Shown piece after piece: positions 1-8,691 of a stretch of 64,000 bases of DNA. Positions within the stretch are counted from its first letter, which is position 1. Each line of letters starts with the position of its first letter. The translations under genes were made by a program, and so were the position numbers. Origin of the DNA: an uncultured Bacilli bacterium (GTDB lineage: Bacteria > Bacillota_I > Bacilli_A > RF39 > UBA660); the NCBI GenBank assembly GCA_947632455.1, contig CANRPK010000004.1, positions 3,542-67,541 on the forward strand, in the 5' to 3' direction. Below the pieces are notes generated by a model, which searched no databases, was not told the origin of the DNA, and saw only the letters and a program-made list of their open reading frames with translations.

Positions 1-1200
1 GAAGAAGTAGAGATAGAATATTTAAATAGTGAAATAAATATATCTCACTTAACCGAAAAAGGAACAAAATGTTATATCTATTTTGATAGTTTAGTAAAAG
101 AAATGTTAGGAAAGTTAGAAACATCAAAAGGAAGTAAATATACCATAGATGCCATGCCAAATCCCATAACTGGAATGTATGATGAAAATACAGAAAATCC
201 AGAACATAAAGAGAAATTATATACAACCGAAGATAACTATGGAACCAGTTATGTGTTTAGGGGAAATAACAGTGATGTAAATAACTGGGTAACATTTGCA
301 AATCATACATGGAGGATAATCCGAATAAATGGAGATGGAACATTAAGGTTAATATATCAATGTGCAACTCCAGGATGTACAGATACAATCGGTGTAAATA
401 CACAAATAGGAAAAAGTACTTATAATGGTAAAGGCAATGATAACACCTATGTAGGATATTATTATGGAACAGCACACACAGATGAAAAACCAAGTCCAAG
501 TTATGAAGAAGCACATTCAAACTCTACACCAAGTACGATAGCTAAAGCAATAAATAATTGGTACAGTGGTACAGGAGCAATGACAGATTACACCAATTAT
601 TTAGATGGAAGTACAGGATTTTGCAATGATAGAGTAGTAGTAAAAGAAGTTTGGGATGGTTATGAAGGGAATGGAACAGGCCAGTCTGCAAGCGGATATG
701 GTCCGGCATCAAGGTTACTTACAAAAGGTGGAACCTGGAGAAAAAATCAATATCCAACATTAAAGTGTGGAGCAGTTATGCCTGATACAAATTCAACAGA
801 AGAAGAAGGATTTAAGAGTTTTGATGAAATCAATCCAGCAGCTTTAAAAAGAGATTTATTCACAACTAGTAATTCAGGAAGAGGTAATGAAGTGCTTACA
901 AATCCAGTAGGATTAATTACTAGTGATGAAGTAGCCATGACAGGAGCTTTTGGAGTAACGGTAGGAGCTAACTACTGGCTATATACCAACCAATATTATT
1001 GGACAATGTCTCCGTTTCGCTACAATGACACTGGTAGTGCTCTCATGTTTGATTTGCATGAGAATGGTCGCTTTGGCACACCAAGCGTGGGTGACGCTAC
1101 TCCTGGTGTACGTCCAGTAATCAATCTAAACGCTGATACAGAGTTCACAGGAGGAGACGGAAAATCATCCAATCCCTTTGTAGTTAATACAGGTAATTAA
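1..1200 (+). CDS. Paralog A of the repeated ~500-aa membrane-anchored/secreted protein family (5' end outside window)
   Basis: Frame 1 is open from nt 1 (EEVEIEYLNSEINISHLTEKGTKCYIYFDSLVKEMLGKLETSKGSKY...). It is collinear with residues ~105-504 of the copies at 47360..48874 and 61416..62954. Shared blocks: NYGTSYVFRGN, WRIIRINGDGTLRLIYQC, GFCNDR, YPTLKCG, YWLYTNQYYWTMSP, GVRPVINL. Confidence 0.9.
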   Translation, partial: EEVEIEYLNSEINISHLTEKGTKCYIYFDSLVKEMLGKLETSKGSKYTIDAMPNPITGMYDENTENPEHKEKLYTTEDNYGTSYVFRGNNSDVNNWVTFANHTWRIIRINGDGTLRLIYQCATPGCTDTIGVNTQIGKSTYNGKGNDNTYVGYYYGTAHTDEKPSPSYEEAHSNSTPSTIAKAINNWYSGTGAMTDYTNYLDGSTGFCNDRVVVKEVWDGYEGNGTGQSASGYGPASRLLTKGGTWRKNQYPTLKCGAVMPDTNSTEEEGFKSFDEINPAALKRDLFTTSNSGRGNEVLTNPVGLITSDEVAMTGAFGVTVGANYWLYTNQYYWTMSPFRYNDTGSALMFDLHENGRFGTPSVGDATPGVRPVINLNADTEFTGGDGKSSNPFVVNTGN

Positions 1201-1202
1201 TA

Positions 1203-1240
1203 CTTGCTTATATTGCTTTCTTATTCCAAATATAAGCAAG
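1203..1240 (+). repeat. Family-specific 3' stem-loop, copy A (stem CTTGCTTATATT / AATATAAGCAAG, loop GCTTTCTTATTCCA)
   Basis: A 12-bp perfect inverted repeat starts 3 nt after the stop codon. The same element with the same stem variant follows paralog E. Confidence 0.8.
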
Positions 1241-1253
1241 ATATATTATCAAA

Positions 1254-1276
1254 AGATAGGTTGTCCTATCTTTTTT
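1254..1276 (+). terminator. Rho-independent terminator of paralog A
   Basis: AGATAGG-TTGT-CCTATCT hairpin followed by a T-run. Confidence 0.75.
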
Positions 1277-1326
1277 ATTTAAAAATTTCTTAATTTTTGC
1301 TATTATATTAGTAAGAGGAAATGCCT

Positions 1327-1929
1327 ATGGAAGAATTATTTACTATAAATAATAAAAAATTTTATAAAACTTCTACAACTGTGTTATATACTAGTTCCTA
1401 TAACTATTTAAAAGATGCGGTCGAATTTATAAATAAAAACGCTCTTGTAATAAGTATTAGAAATCCCCTAGAAGCATCCAAAATATCCCGTAAATTGCTT
1501 GTTAAATTTAAATGCCAAGACTTAGCCAAAAAAGATAATTTAACTCGTTTAGATATCATTAAAATAAATATCTTAGAAGCATTAGAAAAAGATCAAGAAG
1601 TCTATGTTTTCTTAAATACTTTAACTTACTTAGATAATGAATTTAAAAATACATTAATTACTTATTTAAAAGAAAATAATAAGATAATAATTAATTATAC
1701 TGAAGATATTGAAGAAGCTTTATTATTAGAATATATTATGGTATTACATGAAAATAAAATAATTATGGAAGGAAATAAAGAAGAAGTTTTAAAAGAAGAG
1801 AAGATCTTAAAAAAACTAGGTTTAAATCTTCCAACGATAGTGGAATTATCAAATGGTTTAAAATATTATGGCCTAATAGATAAACTATATTATGATAATG
1901 AAAGTTTGGTGAATAGATTATGGAAATAA
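1327..1929 (+). CDS. Degenerate EcfA-like ABC ATPase homologue lacking Walker A, with altered signature and Walker B motifs
   Basis: The C-terminal part reads like EcfA (IINYTEDIEEALLLEYIMVLHENKIIMEGNKEEVL...LGLNLPTIVELS). The LSGGQ position reads LTRLD and the ILDE position reads FLNT; there is no GxxGxGK(S/T). It sits directly upstream of truA, as ecfA does in Firmicutes. GAGG lies 8 nt before the ATG at 1327; an alternative ATG is at 1321. Confidence 0.6.
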   Translation: MEELFTINNKKFYKTSTTVLYTSSYNYLKDAVEFINKNALVISIRNPLEASKISRKLLVKFKCQDLAKKDNLTRLDIIKINILEALEKDQEVYVFLNTLTYLDNEFKNTLITYLKENNKIIINYTEDIEEALLLEYIMVLHENKIIMEGNKEEVLKEEKILKKLGLNLPTIVELSNGLKYYGLIDKLYYDNESLVNRLWK

Positions 1930-2549
1930 TGCGTGTTATAACTAAACTAGAAGAAGACAAAGTATATGGATTAATGGGAAATATTGATATAACTACGAAT
2001 AATAGTAATTATTTTATTGTAAATGATTATAAATTTAAAGGAACCATCGAAGAATATTTAGCTAGCCAAAAAAGTATTTCCGCCTTAAAAATGGTCATGT
2101 TAAATGAGCAATATTTAACTAAAGATATAAGTGAGTTATCGTCTTCTGAAATAAAAAGGATAATTTTAGCTAAAGCTTTAATATCTAATAAAAAATATAT
2201 AATTCTTGATTACTTTGATAAAGATCTAACGCAAAAAGAACAAGAAGAATTTAAACGTTTATTTAAAAGATTAGCTACTAACTATCATAAAACTATCCTA
2301 TTATTTACTAATAATATAACTTTTATTTGGGACATTGCTGAATATATAATTTATCTAAATAATAATGAATTAAAAACTTTCCCTAAAAAAGATTTTGGTA
2401 TTCTAAATTATGTAGATAAGCCCAATATAATTAAAATAATTGAATTAATTAGATCTAAAAATATTTCTATAAATGATTATAAAAATACGGCTGATTTATT
2501 AAAAGCCATATATCGTATAAAGGAGAAAGAAGTAAAATGCACTATTTAA
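1920..2549 (+). CDS. Second degenerate EcfA-like ABC ATPase homologue with ablated catalytic motifs
   Basis: LSSSEIKRIILAKALISNKKYIILDYFDKDL aligns to the ABC signature plus Walker B, with LSGGQ changed to LSSSE and ILDE changed to ILDY. The Walker A position reads GLMGNIDITTNNSN and the H-loop position reads FTNN. It overlaps both the upstream ORF and truA. Confidence 0.6.
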   Translation: MEIMRVITKLEEDKVYGLMGNIDITTNNSNYFIVNDYKFKGTIEEYLASQKSISALKMVMLNEQYLTKDISELSSSEIKRIILAKALISNKKYIILDYFDKDLTQKEQEEFKRLFKRLATNYHKTILLFTNNITFIWDIAEYIIYLNNNELKTFPKKDFGILNYVDKPNIIKIIELIRSKNISINDYKNTADLLKAIYRIKEKEVKCTI

Positions 2550-3259
2550 TAAGTATAGCATATGATGGTTCTAAGTTTTATGGTTTTCAAAGATTAAATG
2601 ATTATAATACTGTTCAAAAAAAGATAGAAGAAGCCTTAAGTATTATTAATAAATCCAAAGTAACTATTAAAGGTGCCGGCCGAACCGATCGTGGAGTTCA
2701 TGCTTACGATCAAAAAGCCACATTTGATTTAAAAATAAATATTGAACCCGAAAACTTAAAAAGAGCTATAAATAGTTTAGTAGAACCATATATTCATATT
2801 ACTGATGTTCAAATTGTTGCCAAAGATTTTCATGCTAGATTTAATACTTTAAAAAAAGAATATATTTATAAAATAAATTTAGGCTCATATAATCCTTTAT
2901 TAGTTGATTATACTTATTATCCTAATTATAAAATAAATATTAAAAATATGAAAAAGTGTGCTAAAATATTTATTGGCATTCATAATTTTGAAAATTTTGT
3001 CTCTGGTACTCGCAATAATTATGAATGTATTATATATGCCATAAATTTTAAAATTAAAAATAACATTTTAGAAATAAAATTTATTGGTAAAAGTTTTTAT
3101 CGTTATATGGTTAGAAACTTAGTCGGAGCCATGTTAGATGTAAGTCGTGGTAAAGTATCTATTATGGAAGTAAAAGAAGCTTTAGATAATCCTAAAATAT
3201 CTAAAAGATTTACTACAGCTATTCCCAATGGTTTATATTTAAATAAAATTTATTATTAG
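2537..3259 (+). CDS. truA: tRNA pseudouridine(38-40) synthase TruA
   Basis: YLISIAYDGSKFYGFQRL and GAGRTDRGVHA (catalytic Asp motif), ~240 aa, with the conserved position upstream of rplM-rpsI. Confidence 0.9.
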   Translation: MHYLISIAYDGSKFYGFQRLNDYNTVQKKIEEALSIINKSKVTIKGAGRTDRGVHAYDQKATFDLKINIEPENLKRAINSLVEPYIHITDVQIVAKDFHARFNTLKKEYIYKINLGSYNPLLVDYTYYPNYKINIKNMKKCAKIFIGIHNFENFVSGTRNNYECIIYAINFKIKNNILEIKFIGKSFYRYMVRNLVGAMLDVSRGKVSIMEVKEALDNPKISKRFTTAIPNGLYLNKIYY

Positions 3260-3294
3260 AAGTATATCCTATACTTTCAGAAGAATATCATTAT

Positions 3295-3456
3295 ATGGCT
3301 TATAATACATTATTAATGGGTAAATTATTACATAAAGAAGCAGTTTCAATTTTAAATTCTAAACGTCATAATGAAGCTTTAAAAAAATTAGATGAAGTCT
3401 TAAAAAAATTTGAAAATATCCCTAATTTAACTCAAAATAATAATTTTACTCGTTAA
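3295..3456 (+). CDS. Possible 53-aa ORF (helical, TPR-fragment-like); may be non-coding
   Basis: ATG-to-TAA ORF MAYNTLLMGKLLHKEAVSILNSKRHNEALKKLDEVLKKFENIPNLTQNNNFTR in the truA-rplM spacer. No clear SD. Confidence 0.2.
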   Translation: MAYNTLLMGKLLHKEAVSILNSKRHNEALKKLDEVLKKFENIPNLTQNNNFTR

Positions 3457-3491
3457 ATTTTGTTAATTTTATTAAAATAGTCAATTTTTAT

Positions 3492-3520
3492 TTGACAAAA
3501 GCTTATATTTTACATATAAT
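3492..3520 (+). promoter_or_regulatory. Consensus sigma-A promoter of rplM-rpsI
   Basis: TTGACA (3492-3497), 17-nt spacer, TATAAT (3515-3520). Confidence 0.8.
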
Positions 3521-3601
3521 TTTAAATGGTACATTTTATTTGTTCGCGTTATTATGCCCTGGGAAAGCAGAAATAACAAAAACGAGTGGAAGGAAATAAT
3601 T
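3521..3601 (+). ncRNA. rplM 5' leader with hairpin (candidate L13-type ribosomal-protein leader)
   Basis: An ~80-nt UTR lies between the promoter and the rplM ATG. A hairpin GTTATT(A)TGC...GCA(GA)AATAAC spans 3548..3577. An L13 leader family is described for low-GC Gram-positives (assigned from memory). Confidence 0.35.
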
Positions 3602-4033
3602 ATGAAGACATTCATGCAAAAACAAGAAAACATTGAACGTAAATGGTATGTAATCGACGCTGAAGGTCAAACTTTAGGAAGATTAGCTACCAAAGCTGCT
3701 ACAATCTTAAGAGGAAAACATAAACCAACTTATACTCCTCATGTTGATTGTGGTGACTATGTAATTGTAATTAACGCCTCAAAAGTAAAACTTACAGGTA
3801 AAAAATTAGATGATAAGATGTATTATAATCATTCTGGCTATCCAGGCGGATTAAGAGAAAGAACTGCTCGCACAATGATTGAAAAATATCCCGAAGAAAT
3901 GGTTGAAAGAGCTATAAAAGGAATGTTACCTAATGGACCATTAGGTGACAAAATGGGCAAAAAGTTATTTGTTTATAGAGATGCTGAACATAAACATGAA
4001 GCTCAAAAACCTATAGCTTTAGAAATTGATTAG
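3602..4033 (+). CDS. rplM: 50S ribosomal protein L13
   Basis: [58 protein letters not shown] upstream of the ATG at 3602; the longer ORF from 3554 is unlikely. Confidence 0.95.
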   Translation: MKTFMQKQENIERKWYVIDAEGQTLGRLATKAATILRGKHKPTYTPHVDCGDYVIVINASKVKLTGKKLDDKMYYNHSGYPGGLRERTARTMIEKYPEEMVERAIKGMLPNGPLGDKMGKKLFVYRDAEHKHEAQKPIALEID

Positions 4034-4042
4034 GAGGTAAAC

Positions 4043-4459
4043 ATGGCAAAACAAGTTTGGACTGCAACAGGTCGTCGTAAAAGAAGTTCCGCAACTGTTA
4101 GATTAGTTGGGGGTACAGGAAATATTACTGTAAATGGAATGGATGTTAATGAATATTTTCCAAATAAATTATTAGTCATGGATTTAACAAGTCCACTAAC
4201 TGCAACTGATAATGCAAATCGTTTTGATATTGAAGTTACTGTTAGAGGTGGAGGATATTCTGGACAAGCTGGTGCTATTCGTTTAGGTATAGCTAGAGCT
4301 TTACTTAAATTTGATGCTAATACCGATCAATCAAGAGAAGATTCTTATCGTAAAATCTTAAAATCAAGTGGATTTTTAACACGTGATGCTCGCGTAAAAG
4401 AACGTAAAAAATATGGTCTTAAAAAAGCTCGTCGTGCCCCACAATTCTCAAAGCGTTAA
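4043..4459 (+). CDS. rpsI: 30S ribosomal protein S9
   Basis: [12 protein letters not shown] ... [19 protein letters not shown] ... [10 protein letters not shown]-terminus. Confidence 0.95.
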   Translation: MAKQVWTATGRRKRSSATVRLVGGTGNITVNGMDVNEYFPNKLLVMDLTSPLTATDNANRFDIEVTVRGGGYSGQAGAIRLGIARALLKFDANTDQSREDSYRKILKSSGFLTRDARVKERKKYGLKKARRAPQFSKR

Positions 4460-4476
4460 TCATTCAATGTTTCAAG

Positions 4477-4500
4477 AAGCCCAAATATATGGGCTTTTTT
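4477..4500 (+). terminator. Rho-independent terminator after rpsI
   Basis: AAGCCC-aaatatat-GGGCTT followed by a T-run. Confidence 0.8.
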
Positions 4501-4614
4501 GCTATAATAAAATACTTATTTAAACTTTACTATAAGCCTAAATGTAATCTTGTCTTTTAGTTTTCATTATTTAATATCCATGATATAATAATATTACTAA
4601 ATGAGGTGATCATT

Positions 4615-5805
4615 ATGAAATGTACACTTATGAATAAAAAAGTAGAAATTTTAGACGCAGAATATGATACAGCAACAAGCGTTTTTACTAAAATATATGA
4701 AGTTAAAAATATTAATTATGCCCCATATATTTTAAAAAGTATTTATATTGTAAATGATATTAATGATACACCTTTTAGAACTAATTTAAGTGAATGGTTT
4801 AAAGGAAGAGGTATACCATCATGGCGTGATAAATTAGATTTATTATTACATAGACTAAATATAACTGCTCCCTATGAACTTTTAGATAAAGCTTTTGGTT
4901 TATCCTTATCTGATCAATATTGGTTAAAACCTTATGATAGTGATATTTCTTATGAAGATATTAATTTTTTTGATAATGATTTTGATTATGCCGAATTTAT
5001 GGAAGCATCCTTATCAATCAATAGTAAAACTATTACCAAAGAAACATCGCTAAAAACTCCAAATAATACAACTGATGGAATGCTAAGAAAAGCATGGATA
5101 ATTGAAAATGGTACAAGATATTTATTAAAGGGCGGTTATAAAAATGAAACTTTACAACCATTTAATGAAGTATTAGCTAGTGAAATATGTAAAAGACTTG
5201 GATTTAAACATGTTGAATATACTATCGATACATATAAAAATATAGTTGTATCTAAATGTCCTTGCTTTATAACTAAAGATACAGAATTTATTACTTGCTA
5301 TCAAATCAAAAATAATATGAAACGCCATGACAATTTAGAAGATTATGAAGAATATATCAAGAAATTAGAAGAACATAATATAAAAAATGCTCGTGAAAAA
5401 CTTGAAAATATGTTTATTTTAGACTATATAATTATGAACGAAGATAGACATTTAAATAACTTTGGCATTATAAGAGATGTTAATACGCTAAAATGGCTAG
5501 ATGTTGCTCCAATCTTTGATAATGGTGAGAGTTTAGATATTGAATACTATGATGAAGAAGAAATGCATATATCTGGAATGGGTCGGATATTTTATGAAGT
5601 AAAACCTTTTGATGAAATAATAAAAGTTGTCAAAAATTTAAAAAGAATAGATATATCAAAATTAGATGGTTTAGTTGAATGGTATGATGATTTACTACAT
5701 AAATATCAATATTTAACTGGTTATTCTGATACTAGAATTAATAAATTATGTATCTTGCTAAATAATCAAATTAATAAATTAAATGAATTAATTTTAAATA
5801 GTTAG
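4615..5805 (+). CDS. HipA-like Ser/Thr kinase domain protein
   Basis: IIMNEDRHLNNFGIIRD (HipA_C catalytic loop NxDxHxxN) and APIFDNGESL. GAGGTGA SD before the ATG at 4615. No adjacent HipB-like HTH gene. Confidence 0.7.
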   Translation: MKCTLMNKKVEILDAEYDTATSVFTKIYEVKNINYAPYILKSIYIVNDINDTPFRTNLSEWFKGRGIPSWRDKLDLLLHRLNITAPYELLDKAFGLSLSDQYWLKPYDSDISYEDINFFDNDFDYAEFMEASLSINSKTITKETSLKTPNNTTDGMLRKAWIIENGTRYLLKGGYKNETLQPFNEVLASEICKRLGFKHVEYTIDTYKNIVVSKCPCFITKDTEFITCYQIKNNMKRHDNLEDYEEYIKKLEEHNIKNAREKLENMFILDYIIMNEDRHLNNFGIIRDVNTLKWLDVAPIFDNGESLDIEYYDEEEMHISGMGRIFYEVKPFDEIIKVVKNLKRIDISKLDGLVEWYDDLLHKYQYLTGYSDTRINKLCILLNNQINKLNELILNS

Positions 5806-5848
5806 ACTAAATAATTCTTCCATGATATAATTAAAATGAGGAATTTAT

Positions 5849-6484
5849 ATGAATATATTAATCGGTTATATTTTAACATATAGTTATATCTTTTTAATTT
5901 TGTTAGTAACTAATATTTTATTAACAAAATTTAATGTATCTCAAGAAATAACTCGCAAATTAGTTCATATTTTTGTTGGTTTTTCTTGGTTTATCATGGC
6001 TAAATATTTTAAAACTAGTATTCATCTTTTAATACCACCTCTAACGTTTATCTTCATAAATTATATATCTCTTAAAAAGAATTTAATTAAACCAATTAGT
6101 AAACAAGATAACTTTGGTACAGTTTATTATGCGATTAGCTTTACTTTATTAGCCTTTTTTTCTATCTGTAATCCTAAATTTTTACCTTATTATGGTTTAG
6201 GTGTAATTACAATGTGTCTTGCTGATGGTTTAGCTCCTTTAATTAGTAAATCTTGTGTTCATAAAATTGGTAAGTCATATAAAACTTATGGTTCTCAATT
6301 TGTAGTATTAATTATAACTTTTTTAATCGCCGTATTTTTTAATTGGCACTATAACTTAGAATTTAACTTAATAAGTTATTTAATTATTAGTCTAAGCTCT
6401 AGTATTTTAGAATTTATTGGAACTAAAGGTTTAGATAATATTACTTTACCCATCGGAATAGCATTAATAGCGTCTTTATTATAG
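5849..6484 (+). CDS. Polytopic membrane protein, CTP-dependent polyprenol/phytol/dolichol kinase-like (CdsA superfamily)
   Basis: Multiple TM helices; TRKLVHIFVGFSW motif typical of the dolichol/phytol kinase family (from memory). Confidence 0.5.
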   Translation: MNILIGYILTYSYIFLILLVTNILLTKFNVSQEITRKLVHIFVGFSWFIMAKYFKTSIHLLIPPLTFIFINYISLKKNLIKPISKQDNFGTVYYAISFTLLAFFSICNPKFLPYYGLGVITMCLADGLAPLISKSCVHKIGKSYKTYGSQFVVLIITFLIAVFFNWHYNLEFNLISYLIISLSSSILEFIGTKGLDNITLPIGIALIASLL

Positions 6485-6492
6485 GAGGATAT

Positions 6493-7284
6493 ATGAAATT
6501 AATTATAAGTTTATTATTAAGTTTTCTTTTAGCAACCTTAGGTTATGTAAAAAAAGCATTAACTCCACCAGCCTTAATTTTAGCATTTATATTTGCATGT
6601 ATTATTACATACTTTGGTGGAGTATCTTCATTTTTAATGTTAGCAACTGTCTTTTTACTAACAATAATTGCCGGTAAAATAAAAAAAGAAGAGCGAAAAA
6701 ATAAAATAAAAGATCTTCATCAAAAAGGTCATCAAAAAGATGTTCCCTCAATTATAGCTAACGTTGCTCCCGGAACATTATGTTTGATATTATATGGCCT
6801 AACAAATAATGCCTATCTTTTAGTCGTGTATGCAACCTTAATGGCCGAGGCAATATCTGATAGTCTTGCTTCTGATATTGGTATTTTATCTTCTAAACCA
6901 CCTATAAATATTTTAACTTTGAAACGAAGTACTCCCGGTTTATCAGGTAATATTAGTTTATTAGGAATATTTGCTTCATTTATAGGTAGTTTAATAATTG
7001 CTTTAATTTATTTAATATTTAATCATAATATCTTTAACTTTTTAATTATAACTATATGTGGTACTTTAGGTAATTTAATAGATTCCTTTTTAGGCGCTCT
7101 CGTTCAAGCTAAATATGAATGCCCAACTTGTCATATTATCACCGAAAAAACCGAACATTGTGCGACTAAAACGAAAAAAATAGCCGGAATAGATTTCCTT
7201 AATAATGATGTTGTTAATATAACTAGTAATATAATTTCCGGGTTATTATGTTATTTAATATTAATTGCGTATTTTTCTAAATAA
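6493..7284 (+). CDS. DUF92 / TMEM19 / VTE6-like integral membrane protein
   Basis: TM-rich. ATLMAEAISDSLASDIGILS resembles the DUF92 core. A CPTCHIITEKTEHC Cys/His cluster is present. The gene is tightly spaced with the upstream kinase-like gene. Confidence 0.55.
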   Translation: MKLIISLLLSFLLATLGYVKKALTPPALILAFIFACIITYFGGVSSFLMLATVFLLTIIAGKIKKEERKNKIKDLHQKGHQKDVPSIIANVAPGTLCLILYGLTNNAYLLVVYATLMAEAISDSLASDIGILSSKPPINILTLKRSTPGLSGNISLLGIFASFIGSLIIALIYLIFNHNIFNFLIITICGTLGNLIDSFLGALVQAKYECPTCHIITEKTEHCATKTKKIAGIDFLNNDVVNITSNIISGLLCYLILIAYFSK

Positions 7285-7322
7285 TGCTATAATAAGTTCG
7301 TTTTAAAAAGGAAGTGACTTTT

Positions 7323-8669
7323 ATGTCTGATACTATATGTGCTATTGCCACGGCAAGAGGCGTTGGTGCCATCTCAATTATTCGAGTAAGTGGTCCCGAA
7401 GCTATTGCCACAGTTGCCAAAATTTTTGATGGTAAAGACTTAACTAAAGTTAAAAGTCACACTATCCATTATGGTCATATTATAAGCCAAAATGAAATAA
7501 TAGATGAAGTATTAGTAAGTATTATGAAAGCTCCTAAAACTTATACCACTGAAGATGTTGTCGAAATAAATACTCATGGAGGAATAGCGCCTACAAAAAA
7601 AGTTTTAGAAATTCTTTTAGAAAATGGTCTAAGACTAGCGGAACCAGGCGAGTTTACCAAACGGGCTTTTTTAAATGGCCGTCTTGATTTAACTGAAGCT
7701 GAAGCAGTCGAAGAACTAATTAACTCCGAAACTGATTTAGAAAGAAAATTAGCCTTAAATACTATTAATGGTAAAATATCTAAGAAAATAAAAAAAGTTC
7801 GCGATATAATTATTGATTTAATTGCCAACATTGAAGTTAATATTGATTTTCCTGAATATGAAGATGCCTTACAAATAACTTTAGATAATTTGCCTCCTAA
7901 ATTAACAGAAATAAAAAAAGAATTAGAAAGTCTTTTAGAAGAATCCAAAGTAGGTACTTTAATATCCCAAGGAATTAAAGTTGCAATCGTCGGTAAACCA
8001 AATGTAGGTAAAAGTAGTTTGCTAAATACACTATTAAAAGAAAATAAAGCTATAGTCACAGATATCGCCGGTACTACTAGAGATATAGTTGAAGGCGAAA
8101 TTGAATTAAAAGGTATTCGCCTAAAATTTATTGATACTGCCGGTATTAGAAATACTACAGATGTTGTTGAAAAAATAGGCGTGGATAAATCATTAACGAT
8201 GATTGATGAAGCTGATCTTGTAATACATGTTTTAAATAATAATGAAGAATATACTGAAGAAGATGCGCAAATTAATGCTAAATTACAAAATAAAGTTCAT
8301 ATTACTTATGTTAATAAAAATGATTTACCAGCTAAATTAAAAATAGAAAATTCCCATGTTATTTATGGTAATACTCTAACTTTAGAAGGAATTGAACCAT
8401 TAAAAAATAAAATAATTGAATTATTTGATCTTGATAAAATTAATACTTCTAATATTGAAGTTATATCTAGTATAAGAGTAATTAATCTTATTAAAGAAGC
8501 ATTAAACTCTATAAATAATGCTTTAAATAATATTGCTCAAAATATTCCTGTAGATATGTTAGCTATTGATATTAAACATGCTTGGGATTTATTAGGTGAA
8601 ATAACTGGCGAAACTTATCAAGATGAATTATTAGATACATTATTTAGTAAATTTTGCTTAGGAAAATAA
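7323..8669 (+). CDS. mnmE: tRNA modification GTPase MnmE
   Basis: DTICAIATARGVGAISIIRVSG, the G-domain GKPNVGKSSLLN and DIAGTTRD, and the C-terminal FCLGK tetrapeptide. Confidence 0.95.
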   Translation: MSDTICAIATARGVGAISIIRVSGPEAIATVAKIFDGKDLTKVKSHTIHYGHIISQNEIIDEVLVSIMKAPKTYTTEDVVEINTHGGIAPTKKVLEILLENGLRLAEPGEFTKRAFLNGRLDLTEAEAVEELINSETDLERKLALNTINGKISKKIKKVRDIIIDLIANIEVNIDFPEYEDALQITLDNLPPKLTEIKKELESLLEESKVGTLISQGIKVAIVGKPNVGKSSLLNTLLKENKAIVTDIAGTTRDIVEGEIELKGIRLKFIDTAGIRNTTDVVEKIGVDKSLTMIDEADLVIHVLNNNEEYTEEDAQINAKLQNKVHITYVNKNDLPAKLKIENSHVIYGNTLTLEGIEPLKNKIIELFDLDKINTSNIEVISSIRVINLIKEALNSINNALNNIAQNIPVDMLAIDIKHAWDLLGEITGETYQDELLDTLFSKFCLGK

Positions 8670-8691
8670 TTATAACAAGAAGGTGAAAAAA

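Noticed and set aside
257-520. Minus-strand ORFs inside the paralogs that look conserved between copies (257..520, 15609..15830, 17833..18048, 47988..48194, and also 15213..15449, 45472..45879, 47610..47828, 63699..63962).
   Set aside because: They are simply antisense to conserved + strand coding sequence. Their products are Leu/His/Cys/Phe-rich low-complexity translations with no SD, and their conservation is fully explained by the sense-strand genes.
1009-1240. A diversity-generating retroelement (VR plus downstream hairpin) as the explanation for the A-depleted variable patch and 3' stem-loop.
   Set aside because: The window contains no reverse transcriptase, accessory gene or template repeat. 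The variable segments differ in length (about 30-33 codons) and by more than adenine-site substitutions, so a single TR cannot explain them. It is kept only as an off-window hypothesis in the findings.
7574-8059. A 161-aa minus-strand ORF inside mnmE, with similar antisense ORFs at 12279..12461, 12660..12917, 13749..14006, 26470..26712, 28539..28856, 29471..29794, 30770..30997, 32958..33149, 36353..36577, 39253..39453, 51237..51581, 52818..53051 and 58709..59035, and a + strand ORF at 49520..49708.
   Set aside because: Each is embedded in a well-supported gene on the other strand or in another frame. All have Ser/Leu/Phe/Ile-rich composition typical of antisense AT-rich frames and no ribosome-binding sites.
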